From Trichodelitschia bisporula (Eukaryota), in the NCBI GenBank assembly GCA_010356995.1, contig ML996694.1:991224-1055223 (forward strand): a DNA stretch of 64,000 bases. The letters are read 5' to 3'. The notes beneath the pieces are model-generated. The model searched no databases. It was not told the origin of the DNA and saw nothing but the letters and a program-made list of their open reading frames with translations. Both the position numbers and the translations under genes were made by a program. Position 1 is the first letter of the stretch. Every line of letters begins with the position of its first letter. Shown piece after piece: positions 47,901 through 60,300 of the stretch.

Positions 47901-50900
47901 GAGGGGAGGCGGGGTTCGGATAGGCGGATCAAAGGCCGTACGTTCGCAGGATACATTGCGGCAGATTGATTGACGAGGTATGGCAAGGGTGAGGGGGTCA
48001 GGAGGCCCTGTATGACACTCAAGTCTTGATGCACTCTCTTTGCAGTTGTCATATCTCGGCCAGAAGATCCTGATTGCAAAGTTATGTACAGACAACGTAC
48101 CGATGGCGTATTGATTGTACCTGTCTTTACCTATCCGTGGCTAATGGGTTGAGGCTGTCCGTATCCACACTCCTGGGCTCGGGTACGCCGCTAGGACAAC
48201 GGGGAAGGGTGATCCGTTTCGGCTGCATCGCGCAGACCAAGCAAGGGCGGGCCGCGTCTCTCTTTTCGCTTCCCGTCCACGATCTTACGAGTTTCGTGCG
48301 AGGTTAGAAGCAGAAAATGGGGCGCAGCACCGCAATCCAACGGCGGACAGACAGATTGGCGAAGGAAAGCCATTTACCCCGAAGATGGGTGGCGGGCGCT
48401 GCGCTTGCATGAGCAACACTGTACGGGTATGTAGGTACGGACTTCGGCTGGGGTGGAGAAGTCGGAGAAAGTAAGTTTAAGCGTTCTGGGGGGGGAACGA
48501 CGGCAGGTATGTCTAGGCGATACTAGATCCGGGGTTTTGGGGGGAGAAAAGGTGAAACGGCGTCGGAGCTTTGGGAGAGGGGAGAAAGTTTGGGATGAAG
48601 TTGTTGGGTTGGCGGTTGGTGAGAGGGGAGCTAGTGATGGTGTAGTTCTACGATCCGTAAGCTGTGTGGTCGTGGAGTTGCTCCGGAGAATTGGAGACGA
48701 TTGATGTCCCGACTTCCGTCTCTTTCTCCGAAGCCAAGATCATGAGGCTTGAAATGCCAAGAAAAGAGGCGTTTTGATCCGGCATCACCTCTTTCACGAC
48801 ATGCTGCTCTCTTACGGGTACTGTTCTCGAAGCTTTTTGCACTTCATCCTCTAACATTTAGACCACTGGAATCGTTTTATGTGCAACTTAATCGTATACT
48901 CATCCTCTAAAAGCGTATCCGAGTGTATTGCATGCCATCTCTGTGCTGCCTTCACGTCAAGCTTTCCCGCGAAGCTTCTTTCGGACAGCCCGACGTATCC
49001 CCCCTCCAGCTCATGCATTCCTCCTCATCCAATAATGCTCCCGCATCTGTCCTCTCTTCAACCTGAATAATACTAGCTGTATTCTCTCCTGCAACTCCTC
49101 TTCCGGTCTCCTCCCCTCTTCTCCCCTCGGCTTGTCGCATATACGAGTAAGCACGGAGCGCGCGTCCGCTGCGGCATGGTACATACAGAATGCAGAGCAG
49201 CCGCCGGAAGGGATGGACTTCCGTCTCTTTGCACGTCCCCGTGCCTTTTCTCACCATCCCTCACCATCACCTCATTTACGCGGCAGCGGCGTGCTCCCGA
49301 GCCGAAGCAGGCCAAGTCTAAGTTACTGTGGTAGGGTATGGGTATGTCTCCCCAGGAACCGCAGCTTCCTCTCGCATCCTTCACGCGGGGCTTTCACTGT
49401 GACCAATGCAACACATCCTCCCCCCCGCTTCCCGCCATACTGTACCTGCAGCTGCAAAAAACTTGGGTGAGAAAATTTGCAATCAGACGACGCATTCGCT
49501 CGACGTAACACCAGCCGCCATCGCAGCCATCTCCGTCGGATGTGTACACGCCCATTCCCACGATTCGTCTGCACCTTTGCGTCGCTTGAAATATCCCTTA
49601 CTCAGTTATTGACAGGCTTCGAACCCGAACCCGGAATGGAACACCTATGACGCTGACCTTACCATCTGGTCGCTACCAGGGCTTCTCTTCTCGAAGGTAC
49701 GGAAACCACTCACGTCTCTTCTACCCAAAGTTTTATTATATTGCAAAAGTGGACCGCATCCCCCCCTGCGGCGAAGACGAGCGGGAGGCGTCAGTCGACA
49801 AGATGGGCGTCACATCTGCAGGATGCAACCTCAATAACCGCCATCGACCGGCTCCTTGGTTCCTCTTCACTGGCCCTCCCAATATGTTCATGTTTCGTCC
49901 CCGCCTTGTTACCCGGGTTTGCTTTGCGGTGCTAGTTCAGACTCACGCCCAAAAAGTATGGGCATCCCGGAACAGTGCCAGCCTCTCAACCTAGTCCTCC
50001 TCAAAGCCGATAACCCTGCAATCGCTTCTGCAAGGGAGTATCTGCTGCCACCCCTTCCCCCATAGCCTGCTAGCCTGATCCCCGGAACCGCAAGGGCCAA
50101 GAGGTCATCGAAGATACGGGCGCGGCGAAGAACTTTCCCCTCAAGGTTCATGGCACGTTCATCGAACTTTATTGCCTTGAGATCATCCTGGGCACGCTGA
50201 CTGGTTGGTGGCCGCTTTGCTGGGTCTGTCAATCTGCCATACCCTGCCCTTATTTGCGCAATTAAGAGCACTGATTTTGAAGCAGCTCTCGCCTACGCTA
50301 TCCATGCTGTACGGATTCACGGCGTCTTGAGGCGAGTAGGTCGATATGCGCCGCGGGATATTTCACCCGCTGCATGCGTTCAACAGCTACCGCATTGCAT
50401 ATACGCAACGCTGCGGCAAAGATGGCCAGTCTTTCCACTTTAGTACGCGCTGCTGAGGACGGTACTGCGCAAAGGCCAATATCCAAAGTTAAGCATCCGT
50501 GCCAGCGAGAGGGCTGGAGACAATACTTGTTTACCATATCCGGCAGCTCATTGCCCACAGAGATGTCCACACTTTCGAGAATATTGTTCTCTTGCACTGC
50601 CCCAATCCTCCAGCCCAGGTGGGACTAGGCCAATCGTCAGCCGGGTGCCAGCAAGTTGGCAAATATACGAACCCGACCACATCAACCCAACATCGAAAGC
50701 AAGATTCATTGTCGGGGTCCGGAGGTACATATCAGGCACGACACCCAGAAATGGACGAATTTGTGCAACCGGTCTGGTGGATGCGCTAGCATACGCACTG
50801 ATCGCACTGTGAATCGGCACGTGGGTGGTAGGTCTCCGTGCGTGGCGAATGAGCGCTTAAATATCCAGAGCGCATCTGTTGCGGAGGCGTTTGAGAAGGA

Positions 50901-53900
50901 CGGTTCTGTGGCTCGTCAAGATTAAATTTGCGGGGAATGGCATGGTAGCCTGTAACTCAGTGGTTGCCGGCTCGCCCTGGAACGCAAGGTCAGTACAGTA
51001 TTGACCTCACGAAGAGAACAGCAACCCTTGCTTTCGGCCTATTAATATGCCCAGTTCCGGGATCGAATTCGCCGCTTTTCGGGTTTGCTACTCTGTCCCC
51101 CAAACATCGCCTATCAATGCGCTACATCCCAGGTCGCGCGGCAAGCGCTCACGGCGCGAGCTCCTACCAGCCAGTGACCACCCAAAACCAGCGACCTTGC
51201 TCAAGGGGTTCCAGAAAGCTTCCAGAATATCTTGGGGTGTTTTGTCCATATTGCGGTTGCAGTCTGCACGGTCCCATCCTGGCCGGCTATTGTTTCCTTC
51301 AAATTAACCCCGTCGTTGCCAGCTTCCTTCCCTGGCAATCATCCATCGACCCGCCGCCACATCCGCTGTGCGCAATTGGCCCGCATGCCGGCTTGGCGGG
51401 TAAAGGGTATATGTGGTGGTGATAACACCTCACGGTTTCGGTCAGCCGCTCCGCTCGCCGGATTGCGAAGGATCCGTTCGATATTGATGCTCGAGCTCTC
51501 GTTTCCCGTCGCCTCTCCCCGACGGAGCGAGAAGCTTGTCCTCGGCGATCGACCTTGATCCTTAAGTCGGCAGCCTAAGATTGCTGTAGGGAATTTTATT
51601 CAACCCCACTTCCGCAGAGCTTCTATCTGCTTCCGTATCCCAGCTCGCGATCCCGCAGGCTGGGTGGAGTGGATATTGTGCAATATCAGGGCCACGTGAC
51701 ATCATCGAAGGCCTCAAAACTGACCGGCGATGCAGCCTGGCTCGCGGGCGGCCAGATTGCTGGTCATGTCAAGCCTCCAAGACGGACCAAGGTGATTTGG
51801 ACACAAAAGTTTGGTTCCACAATTTGACGAACCACTCGTATTCACTCCAGACCACTCCGGCATCGCTGGATTGCCGATTGAGGAACGGCACCCGGCCGGT
51901 ATCCGCAATGGCCTAGCCCGGCGGCCACACGCCTAGCACCGTTTCCAGCACGGGAAGACCACTGACCGAGAAAAAGTGCCGGCCTTCTCGCAGTCGCTCT
52001 CAATAGCCACCGCATTCGGTATCGGCTCGCCACATCTCTCCCCGCGCTCACGCCATTTTCGCGCCCATACAACCACGCCCACGCCGTCCCTGCACCTCGT
52101 TCCTGCGGTCAGATCCACAGCTGTCAGCTTCGGCACCCCGCTGCAGGTACACCCACGTCTGGTCCCGCCTGTCACCATGGGATTGTCTCCCCCGGGCGCC
52201 GGGATGTCTGTCTGGCTGGCGGGCACGGCTCTCGGGGACCAGTCACGTTCGCTGCCTTTATTGCCTTGGCCAGGGCCCGTGGCGCGTGGGTTCTGCGGCC
52301 TTGGATGGGGCACACGACGGTTATCGGCGCTGCTGGTTGGCGGGGGCGGGCGCCGGCGCTGGTATAGTGCTTTTATGTAAGGCGTGGGTGAGGTGGGTTG
52401 CTGGCTGATCGGTCCCATGGCCTTTCCTCCCCTCTTTTGGCACGACTGCTTGTTAGATTGAGACAGGGGTTGAAGGTGAAAGCAGATGACCAGACATGGA
52501 TCCTTGTTCTACAGCCGCGATCGCGGATGGACGATAAGGGGAATGTGGACGTTGACGTGCAGTTGCTGGTGACGAGGAGGTTATGGTATGGTTCGGCATG
52601 GGCATGTCTACGCTGATCTGGAGTGGTGGCAGTGCCGGGCATCTGACGACGCCGTGCCCGCATCATATTCCTCTGCCCAGCCAACCCACACATTTGTATA
52701 CTCAGCAAGCCCTCCGGGCCCTATCTCCTCCGCCCGGTCAATCCACAATATTTCCTCCTCCCCCTCAATCCCGCTATATCCGGTCCTGGATTCGAGCATG
52801 GCGCGGCGGCCGTGGGTTGGGGGCCTCAGCCGTCCTTGCCGCAAGCGAGACTGGCTCCCTGGGGTATTTGACCCCGGTTCTGTGACGATTGACGCGGGGA
52901 TTGGGGGGGGGGGAGGGGGGAGTGACGAGGGCGGGTTTGGGGTGGTGATGGTGAGATGATATTGCGTGCGTGGAGGCTGGCTGGGCTGGAACTGGGTGGT
53001 GTGGGTGCGGGGGGCTGGGCGATGGGGATGAGGTGCTGGAGCTTGGAGGTGGTTGCATGTGACTAGGTGAGATGGGGTTTGGGCATTCGGGTGGAGTGGG
53101 GATGGCTTGCGGTGTAGATGCTTGGAGGTTGTGTCTCCGTGCTTTAATCAGCCTTGATGGAGTGCTTAACGGTGGAAGTGAATCGGTTGACTGTCCCGCG
53201 AGGCTGAGCACATAAACGTAGGACCACTATGAAGGGAAGAGGATTGCACCTTAAGAAAATTAGGTCAATACAGATTCAAGATAAGGCGGAATTGTCGAGC
53301 CTGTCTCGACGGTTTCCGCGGCCATCAAGAGGGCTAGCTAAGCGAAGCAGTTGGCTGTGTCTTGGAGGGTACATCAAAGCAGTATGGAAGCACGAGTGGG
53401 ACTGGACTGTGAAATTGATGTTTGTCGGGCCTTGCAAGAGGTACCATATTGACGGACAGGACTAATGTCGACTCAAGGGCTTTTGGGTTAGCAATGTACC
53501 CTCCATTTGCGGCCACTATGATGGAAATGACTCCGTTGATGGCATAAGGAATTACTGTATAGCACGTAGGCAAATAATGTTGAGATTCATGGTGCTCATT
53601 TCATGGCCTCGCTGCTAAGGGATGGCGAGCCCGGAGTAGTTCTAGACTCGACTTCAGCCTTGCCATGAAAGCCGAAAGCTACTCCGTATACCGACCTTTG
53701 GCCTCGCTTCCTCCAGACTTCTTTGAAGTTCCAGACTTATGAACATGGCCCTGGGACAATGATGCTTCCATTGCCTTACCGCTTCAGGATTTGCAGGGAT
53801 TCTCAACCTCACTTGATGTCTGGCGATATACAGGAGAACTTCGACGCAGTGTACCCGGAGACACCAACCAATATTTAGGTGCTGTGTAGCTGGAGATGCT

Positions 53901-54090
53901 TGAGCCTTCGGGTCTCCTGCTGTTGACATCGCATATGGTCCAAGCGGAGCGAAGATTCTCGGCAGTGGGCACGCCATGATGGGAAGTGAGGAAGGAGCTT
54001 TGGTGTTCCCGGAAGGGGCTTTCTTGCATGAGGAAGTGACATATGACACAACTGGGAGGAACCATGGGTGAGCTCAGAAGGAGGATACGT

Positions 54091-54321
54091 GGCAAGCCCA
54101 TCCGCTCACCTTTGTTCTTCGTCTTTTTTTTTCCTTTCAATCATGCACACGTTGTTTTGCATATCGGTTGTGGTGATGCTCATTACGGCTCCTCGAGCTC
54201 GGAAGGTGGATAGGCGGCAAGCCCTGCCGCTCACCTTTCTTGTTCTTCGTCTTCAACTTCAATTTCAATCATGGACATGTTGTTTTAAACACGGGTCGTG
54301 GTGATGCTCATTACGTCTCCT
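54091..54321. repeat. Imperfect direct repeat of about 100 bp (54091-54193 and 54216-54321)
   Basis: Shared blocks GGCAAGCCC..CCGCTCACCTTT, TTGTTCTTCGTCTT, TTTCAATCATG and GTGGTGATGCTCATTACG.CTCCT occur in both copies. Confidence 0.85.
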
Positions 54322-57300
54322 TGCCACCGGACTGGAGTCCGGGGAGAAACTCGCGATGACAGGTATATGATCAGACATTCCGTATCATTAGCTGATTACT
54401 GAACTATGCTAGAGTATGCAACTACTTGGCAAGAGGGCCAGGAGAAGCTTCTGATGTCTTCCATTATCTATCCAAGCCTGTGTAATGGGCCCATGCCGGT
54501 CGCCACTCGTGAAGCGAAGAGACATGGTTTATGACCTTGCTTCGAGAAATAGCAGCGTCAAGGATATAGGAAGGTTCATGCCGTGGTAAGTTAACGCAAC
54601 ATAGTGATGATCTGGCCATGAGCTGAACACTTCAGGCCACAACTATCCAAGCCGGAGTTCAGCCTATGCGCCACCTTCATCCAGCCTGGCAAGCCGCTCA
54701 TCACCAGGCTGACCACAAAGTTAGCAACAAGCCACTCAAGACACAAGACCCAACACCGCCAAACCCACCACCCACTCAACAGCGAACCACTCCCGTTCCC
54801 CCCTCCAGAAATGGCAACTCACCACGCAGCCTCGCCCCCGCACCTCGCACCCCCACGCCCCGTCCTCAACCCGTATCCAACACGAACCCGCAGGCCTACC
54901 ATAAGTAAAGCTAGGGTTGACCTAGCGGAGGAGCGTCCGCGGAAATCGAGGCGGGTCGGTCCGCCGCCGGCGATCTATTCTAGCACTGGTGGCCTTGGGT
55001 TCGTATATCTTTGAAGATGGAACACAAAATCCGCCCTCCTCATTCGTCAGCCGTGCTTATTCCCGCTTAGTCACGGAAGTCGTGAATGATGGGCCACGTG
55101 CCGGCTTGCCGCTCCGCCCTCGAGGCCTCCGCTGGTGGGCTAAAGATGGAAACGAGATGTCCGGCAGGCGCGCCTCAGCCTCGTGTCGGCGCTGGCTCCG
55201 CGAACCAAGGGGGGGAGACAAGGCATGGCCCGGTACGGGGTCTGAGTACTCCGAAACGGGCGTGGTGGGGAGAATGGAGAAGGTGCTCCGCGCTACGGGA
55301 CCAGGTTTGGGCGTGCGGGACGCGCCCTGTTGCCATGTTTAGGGGGCGTCCTGGGCATTGGCACCTTTGACTGACTCTTCTGACTTGGCTCTCCTGTTGG
55401 CATCTACTGCTGGCACTGCTGGACTCGACTTGGAAGTGGGGCGAGACGGGACCCAGTGCCCTCCCTGCTGGGTGTAATGAGCCTTTGCCCGCCCGGGACG
55501 CGGGAGCTTACCGGCTTATGTCACGGCCTCCGCGCAGTGGGGGATAACGCGGGGTTGCATTGGTGATAGGGTTGGAGGACGCTGTGGAGGGAGGGGGGAT
55601 GAGTGATCATGATTAGAGGGCGCTTGTTAATGTTCGTTGTATGTTCTGCGTAGAGCGGAAGGGAGGGCGGTGGTTTGGAGAGTAAACGTCTCGAGCATGT
55701 TCGCGGTACATCACTCGCCGCCGCGGGCGAATCCTTCTCCGATGGCTGATTACTCTCCAGCCTCATGGCAGCCCCTTTGGACATCGTGGATTTGTCAGCC
55801 TATGGACGGCCCATGCGACGAGCATGACGAGCCGAATGGGAACAGGTTTCTCTACCCACACACTACAGTGCAGAACAACGGGCACCACAAGACGCCTTCA
55901 CCAGAACTCCAGGGTGCCAGGAAAAGGGCTATCGCGGCCTCAAGAAGCCGTAAGCCGCATTGCAGCCGACCATTTGCGGTGAAAATGTCGCCGATCACCG
56001 CAACAAAGTGAGCAGAACCGGGTGACGAGGCTCGACCACACCTGGCTAAATCCCTCGGGGAGTGGTGGGGATCCTTCGGCGGCAGGAGAGGAACGGTCTT
56101 TGGTCGGATCGGAGGACTTGCCGGCGGCTCTGGACGTGGACCAAGTGGTCGACTGCATGGCGTTGGGCATCGGCAAGCCTCTCACCTCATGGCGAGCGGC
56201 GACGACTCCAACATTGCAACCTCGCCCACACCCTGCCAGCGCACCCCCTCCCTCACGACCCCACGATACATCTCGCAACTCACCATCGCCATCCCCCATC
56301 ACGGCCTATACCCTCCATCAACGCCTACCACCACTCTCCCGATCGGACGCACAAATCCACCCTCACACCAGATCCCGCGATATCCCCAAGCCGCCCCACG
56401 CGCCCCGCCCATGCCCACCGGCCCAATCACACCCTAACCCAGGCACGCACTAGCCCCGCGCCATCTGACATCAGCACCAGCAAAAGCAGGCAGCGGCGTC
56501 GACCGCTGGCACGGGGGGACACGATCTCGCCCTCGGCACTAGGCCGCGCTACCACCGATCTTCAGCCCGGGTAGCATCCCGATGCTGCGCTTGACTCGCG
56601 CGGCCCCGGCCCCCGGCGCGGGCAGATATGGCACCTTAAGCCCTAGCCCGAGACCGCAAGCGCCGTCCCTAGACTCATCTCCGCGCCGGCACCAACACGC
56701 AGCGTACACAGATCTGGCCGTCGTGACACAGCCCAGGCACGCGACACCGCGGCTCCCCTCGAGGCAGGAGCGCGGCTCCCCGCGGCGCCCTCGATGCCAG
56801 ATCAGCGCGCGCCTCGGCCGGCGGCACGCATCGGAGCCTTTCGTGCCTCGTTCCTCGCGTGGATACCCGCGGGCTGTGCGGGCTCGCTAAGGCACGCCGC
56901 CGCCCGCGCGGCGATAAGCGAGCAAAACGGCGGAGTGCACCACGTTTCGCGCCATAGGCTGGTTTAGCGAGCCGTTGTGTACCCCTCTGGTGCGCTGGCC
57001 GCGCAGGGCGATGGGGGGCGGAGATCAGGCGGGCGCGGCGGAGAAGGGCGGAGGGCTGGCTGGCTGGCTGGCGGCATGCTTTGCGGGCATGATGCTGTGT
57101 GTGCGGCGGGCGCGGGGGGGCTCCCGGCCTCGATGCCGTGTCACGCTCTGGCACCCGCCTTTCCCCCTCCTTCCCCGAAGGGGAAATAGGCGGGCGGGGG
57201 CAATCGGAGGCCAAATTTCGTGCGCAGATCGGTGCACGACAGGGCAGGTAATGGAGCGCGCCTGGGGGACAATGGCTTTATTTGCTGCGCGCTCCGAGGC

Positions 57301-60300
57301 CTTACCGTGCTGCGTCCCGGTGCTGCCATCCCGTGGTCCCTGGTTGCCCCGCGCAGATGTGTTGCAACTGTTGCTGCTGCTGCTGCTGATTGCTGCTGCG
57401 ACTCGGGTATACCCGATCCCGATCTGGCCTCTCGGAGGGAAGAACGAGGGGTGGGGAGGTTGAGCATGTGGGACGGGGTATGCTCGCACGGTGTACATGC
57501 CGACTTGCATAGGGCGTTCTCGTCGGAAAGAAAGCCCGCATGCAGCAGCAGGAGAGGGAGCAAGAAGCAGCAGACAACGAATCGCAAGACGGGTGCACAG
57601 TAACGGCAGAAGTTTCGAACCGCCTTCCGGATTTTCCACGCCTTCGTTCCGATTTCTTTGTCTGAAGGAGATGGTACGCTGGCCGGGAAGAGGGCGGAGT
57701 TCTTTACCAGATCTCGTAGGGCAGATGTGCCGACGAGTAGCGGGCCGATCGGTCGGGTGATGTTGGGGGAAAGATAAAACGCGGGATAAAGAGATTCAAG
57801 CTCTGGGACGGGCCACGTAAGGGGACAGTGGCGTTCGATGACGGCGACATCCTGAACAACTCATCTGGCGGGTATCGGGTACGTCGAAAGGGTGGGGAGA
57901 GGCCTGTATTACTCCATTTTTCTGCACGCCACCGATTAACAGGGAGACGACGAAGGAGACGAGGACGGGACATAATATGCATAATGCGGCTCTGTGTATA
58001 TAATGGGCTGGGAAGTGAGGGGGGACAGCCTTGAGGCAGATGTCAGCTAAGGCCCGGGACGTCTTGCTATTGCTTGCTGCAGGGCTGGATGGTGACACGT
58101 CAGGCGAGAGGTACCAGAGATGAGGAGTCTGCTGTTGCGAGTGCTGTGGGTGTCGTGCCTGCGTGAAAGACAGAGGATGAAGTGAGAGTGCCTTGTGAGA
58201 ATGCGTTTAGGATGTGGAACGTACTCGCAACTGCAAAGATTAGTCAGACGAAGATGTTACGCTCCCGACTCTCAAGGCCGCATAGCTGGCCAGAACATCG
58301 ACGACGTCTCTTTTGCATACAACGGTAGTCGTTGTAAGGTGAGGGGTGCTTGGGGGCATGACATGCTCGGCCGTTAGCCGTTGAGCATGGCTGCCCGTTA
58401 GAAGGCATGCCTGTAGTGTGTAGGGCATGGTGGTAGTGAGATCTCATGGATGTTGAGGGTACAGGTAAGGTTCATGTGAAAGGCGGGGAGCGCCCCTTGC
58501 TTGCAGTTGGCATCTTTTTTTTTCTCGGGGGGACAGAACTCGGGATCGGAGGAATCTTCTGCGAGGTTGTGGACTCGATGCAACAGGGGGGGGGTTGTTG
58601 CTTCTCGGCTATCGTCGTTCTCGTGCTAGCGCCACTGGATATCTGCAGTTGGGGGTTTTGTTCGGAGGCGAATCGAATAACGCTGTCATACCTGCAGCTT
58701 CCAAGGATAGAACTAGCAACGCGTCTTCTGACAATATGCCTGTGGGGTGGACTGATGGAGGGAAGAGGGAATAAATTTTTGTGTCTGCGACGAATGCGCA
58801 GTTGGGAGGGGATGCAGCGACATTGGGCATGGATTTGAGCGTTGTCGATGCAAGGCCAACGACTACTGTCGTCGACAACGGTGGCTGTTTTTTCTTTTTC
58901 TTTCCGACTATTGGGGATTGCGCTCGAGACTGTGGCGTTTGGAGGAATGGGCTTCTTCTTCTCGGCGGCATTCTTTACTGGCTTTCCGCACTCTGGGGTC
59001 GGTCTCTTGGTGCTGGTTTCCTTCGCTCTGGTTTGATATCTCGCAACACGACACCGACTCACCCGGAATAGCCTAGATGCAAGGGCTGGAACCTTTGATG
59101 TCATCCATCTTACACGGAGATACGAGGTGTATCTTTGGTATGCGTATATACGGTGTACATACGAGGACGAGGGGAGGAAGACATGTTTTGGCCGGGTACC
59201 GGGATGGTGGGTTGGTGTTGTTGTTGTTATTGCGGGATGGAGTGCTGCAATGACAGAAGCGGGGCGTCTTTCTGTGGTAGGGTGAGGGCAGGGCACGACG
59301 TTTGACCTGAGAACAACGCTCATTCGACATCGACGTCAGGCTTGAGTGAATATATCGCGGAGGAGCGGTCCAGTGAGGGTTGAGTGGAGGAGAGGTTGAA
59401 GGTCGGAGAAGAAGGAAAGAAAGCGGCAGATGGAATGATAGGTCGGACTTGAGCCCTTCCATTCATTGCGAGCTTTTAGGGATAGGAGAATTCCCTTTCC
59501 ATCATCATTCATGCATGAGCATGGCACTAGTCTAGCGGGAAGCAGCAAAGCAGCATAGCAACGGTATCGATACAGTGCCTAGTTATCGCCTGTCTATCGT
59601 CTGTATAGCCGTATTCGGCGATGCCGTCGACGTCCGTCGTTGAAACCGAGTTGTCGTTGTCCTATCACGTGAAGTAGATTGATGATCGCCATCGATCTTC
59701 TCCACTCTCAGCTCGACCTTCTCATACGGCGACGACTACCAAGGGACGTCAGGCGAAGACTACTGTCTGTTGTCAATGAGTGGCTGATGATTGTTCGATG
59801 AAGTCCGATGCAGAACCCATGACATCTCCAGATCCACCAAGCGCATCAAAGAACCGTCAACAAATCACCATGTGTCCTACACTAGTCAGCATCAATCCTC
59901 AGCTGCAATACTCCACAGATCGCCACTCCCTACCTCGTAAGGCATAAGGCGTAAACTCCACTCCAGCTGTTCAAGGTACAGGCAGTATCGTGAAAACGAC
60001 GCCTCTCTCTCCAACTCGTCCAGCAAGGTCTACAGTACAATTTTCTGCAGCAATCAATTGCAGCCATCCAATGCTTCTGAGACGACATGGAAGCGAAAAG
60101 GCGGCGGCAAAAATCTATCAGCTTCTCGTGTAACCAACGCCTCCATCTGGTGCGCTCCAGCGAGTCCCGGCTAGGGAAAAAAGACCATGCGGATACACAG
60201 CAGCCTCTTCTCCACTGCGGTGCGTGATATCCCCCCTCACCATACAAACGGCAGGCACGCATACTCCACATCCCAAACCATCACACACACTACACGCCCA

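Noticed and set aside
56431..56440. ACCCTAACCC, a telomere or telomerase-template-like motif
   Set aside because: A single 1.5-repeat match in C-rich DNA, with no supporting telomerase RNA structure identifiable by eye.
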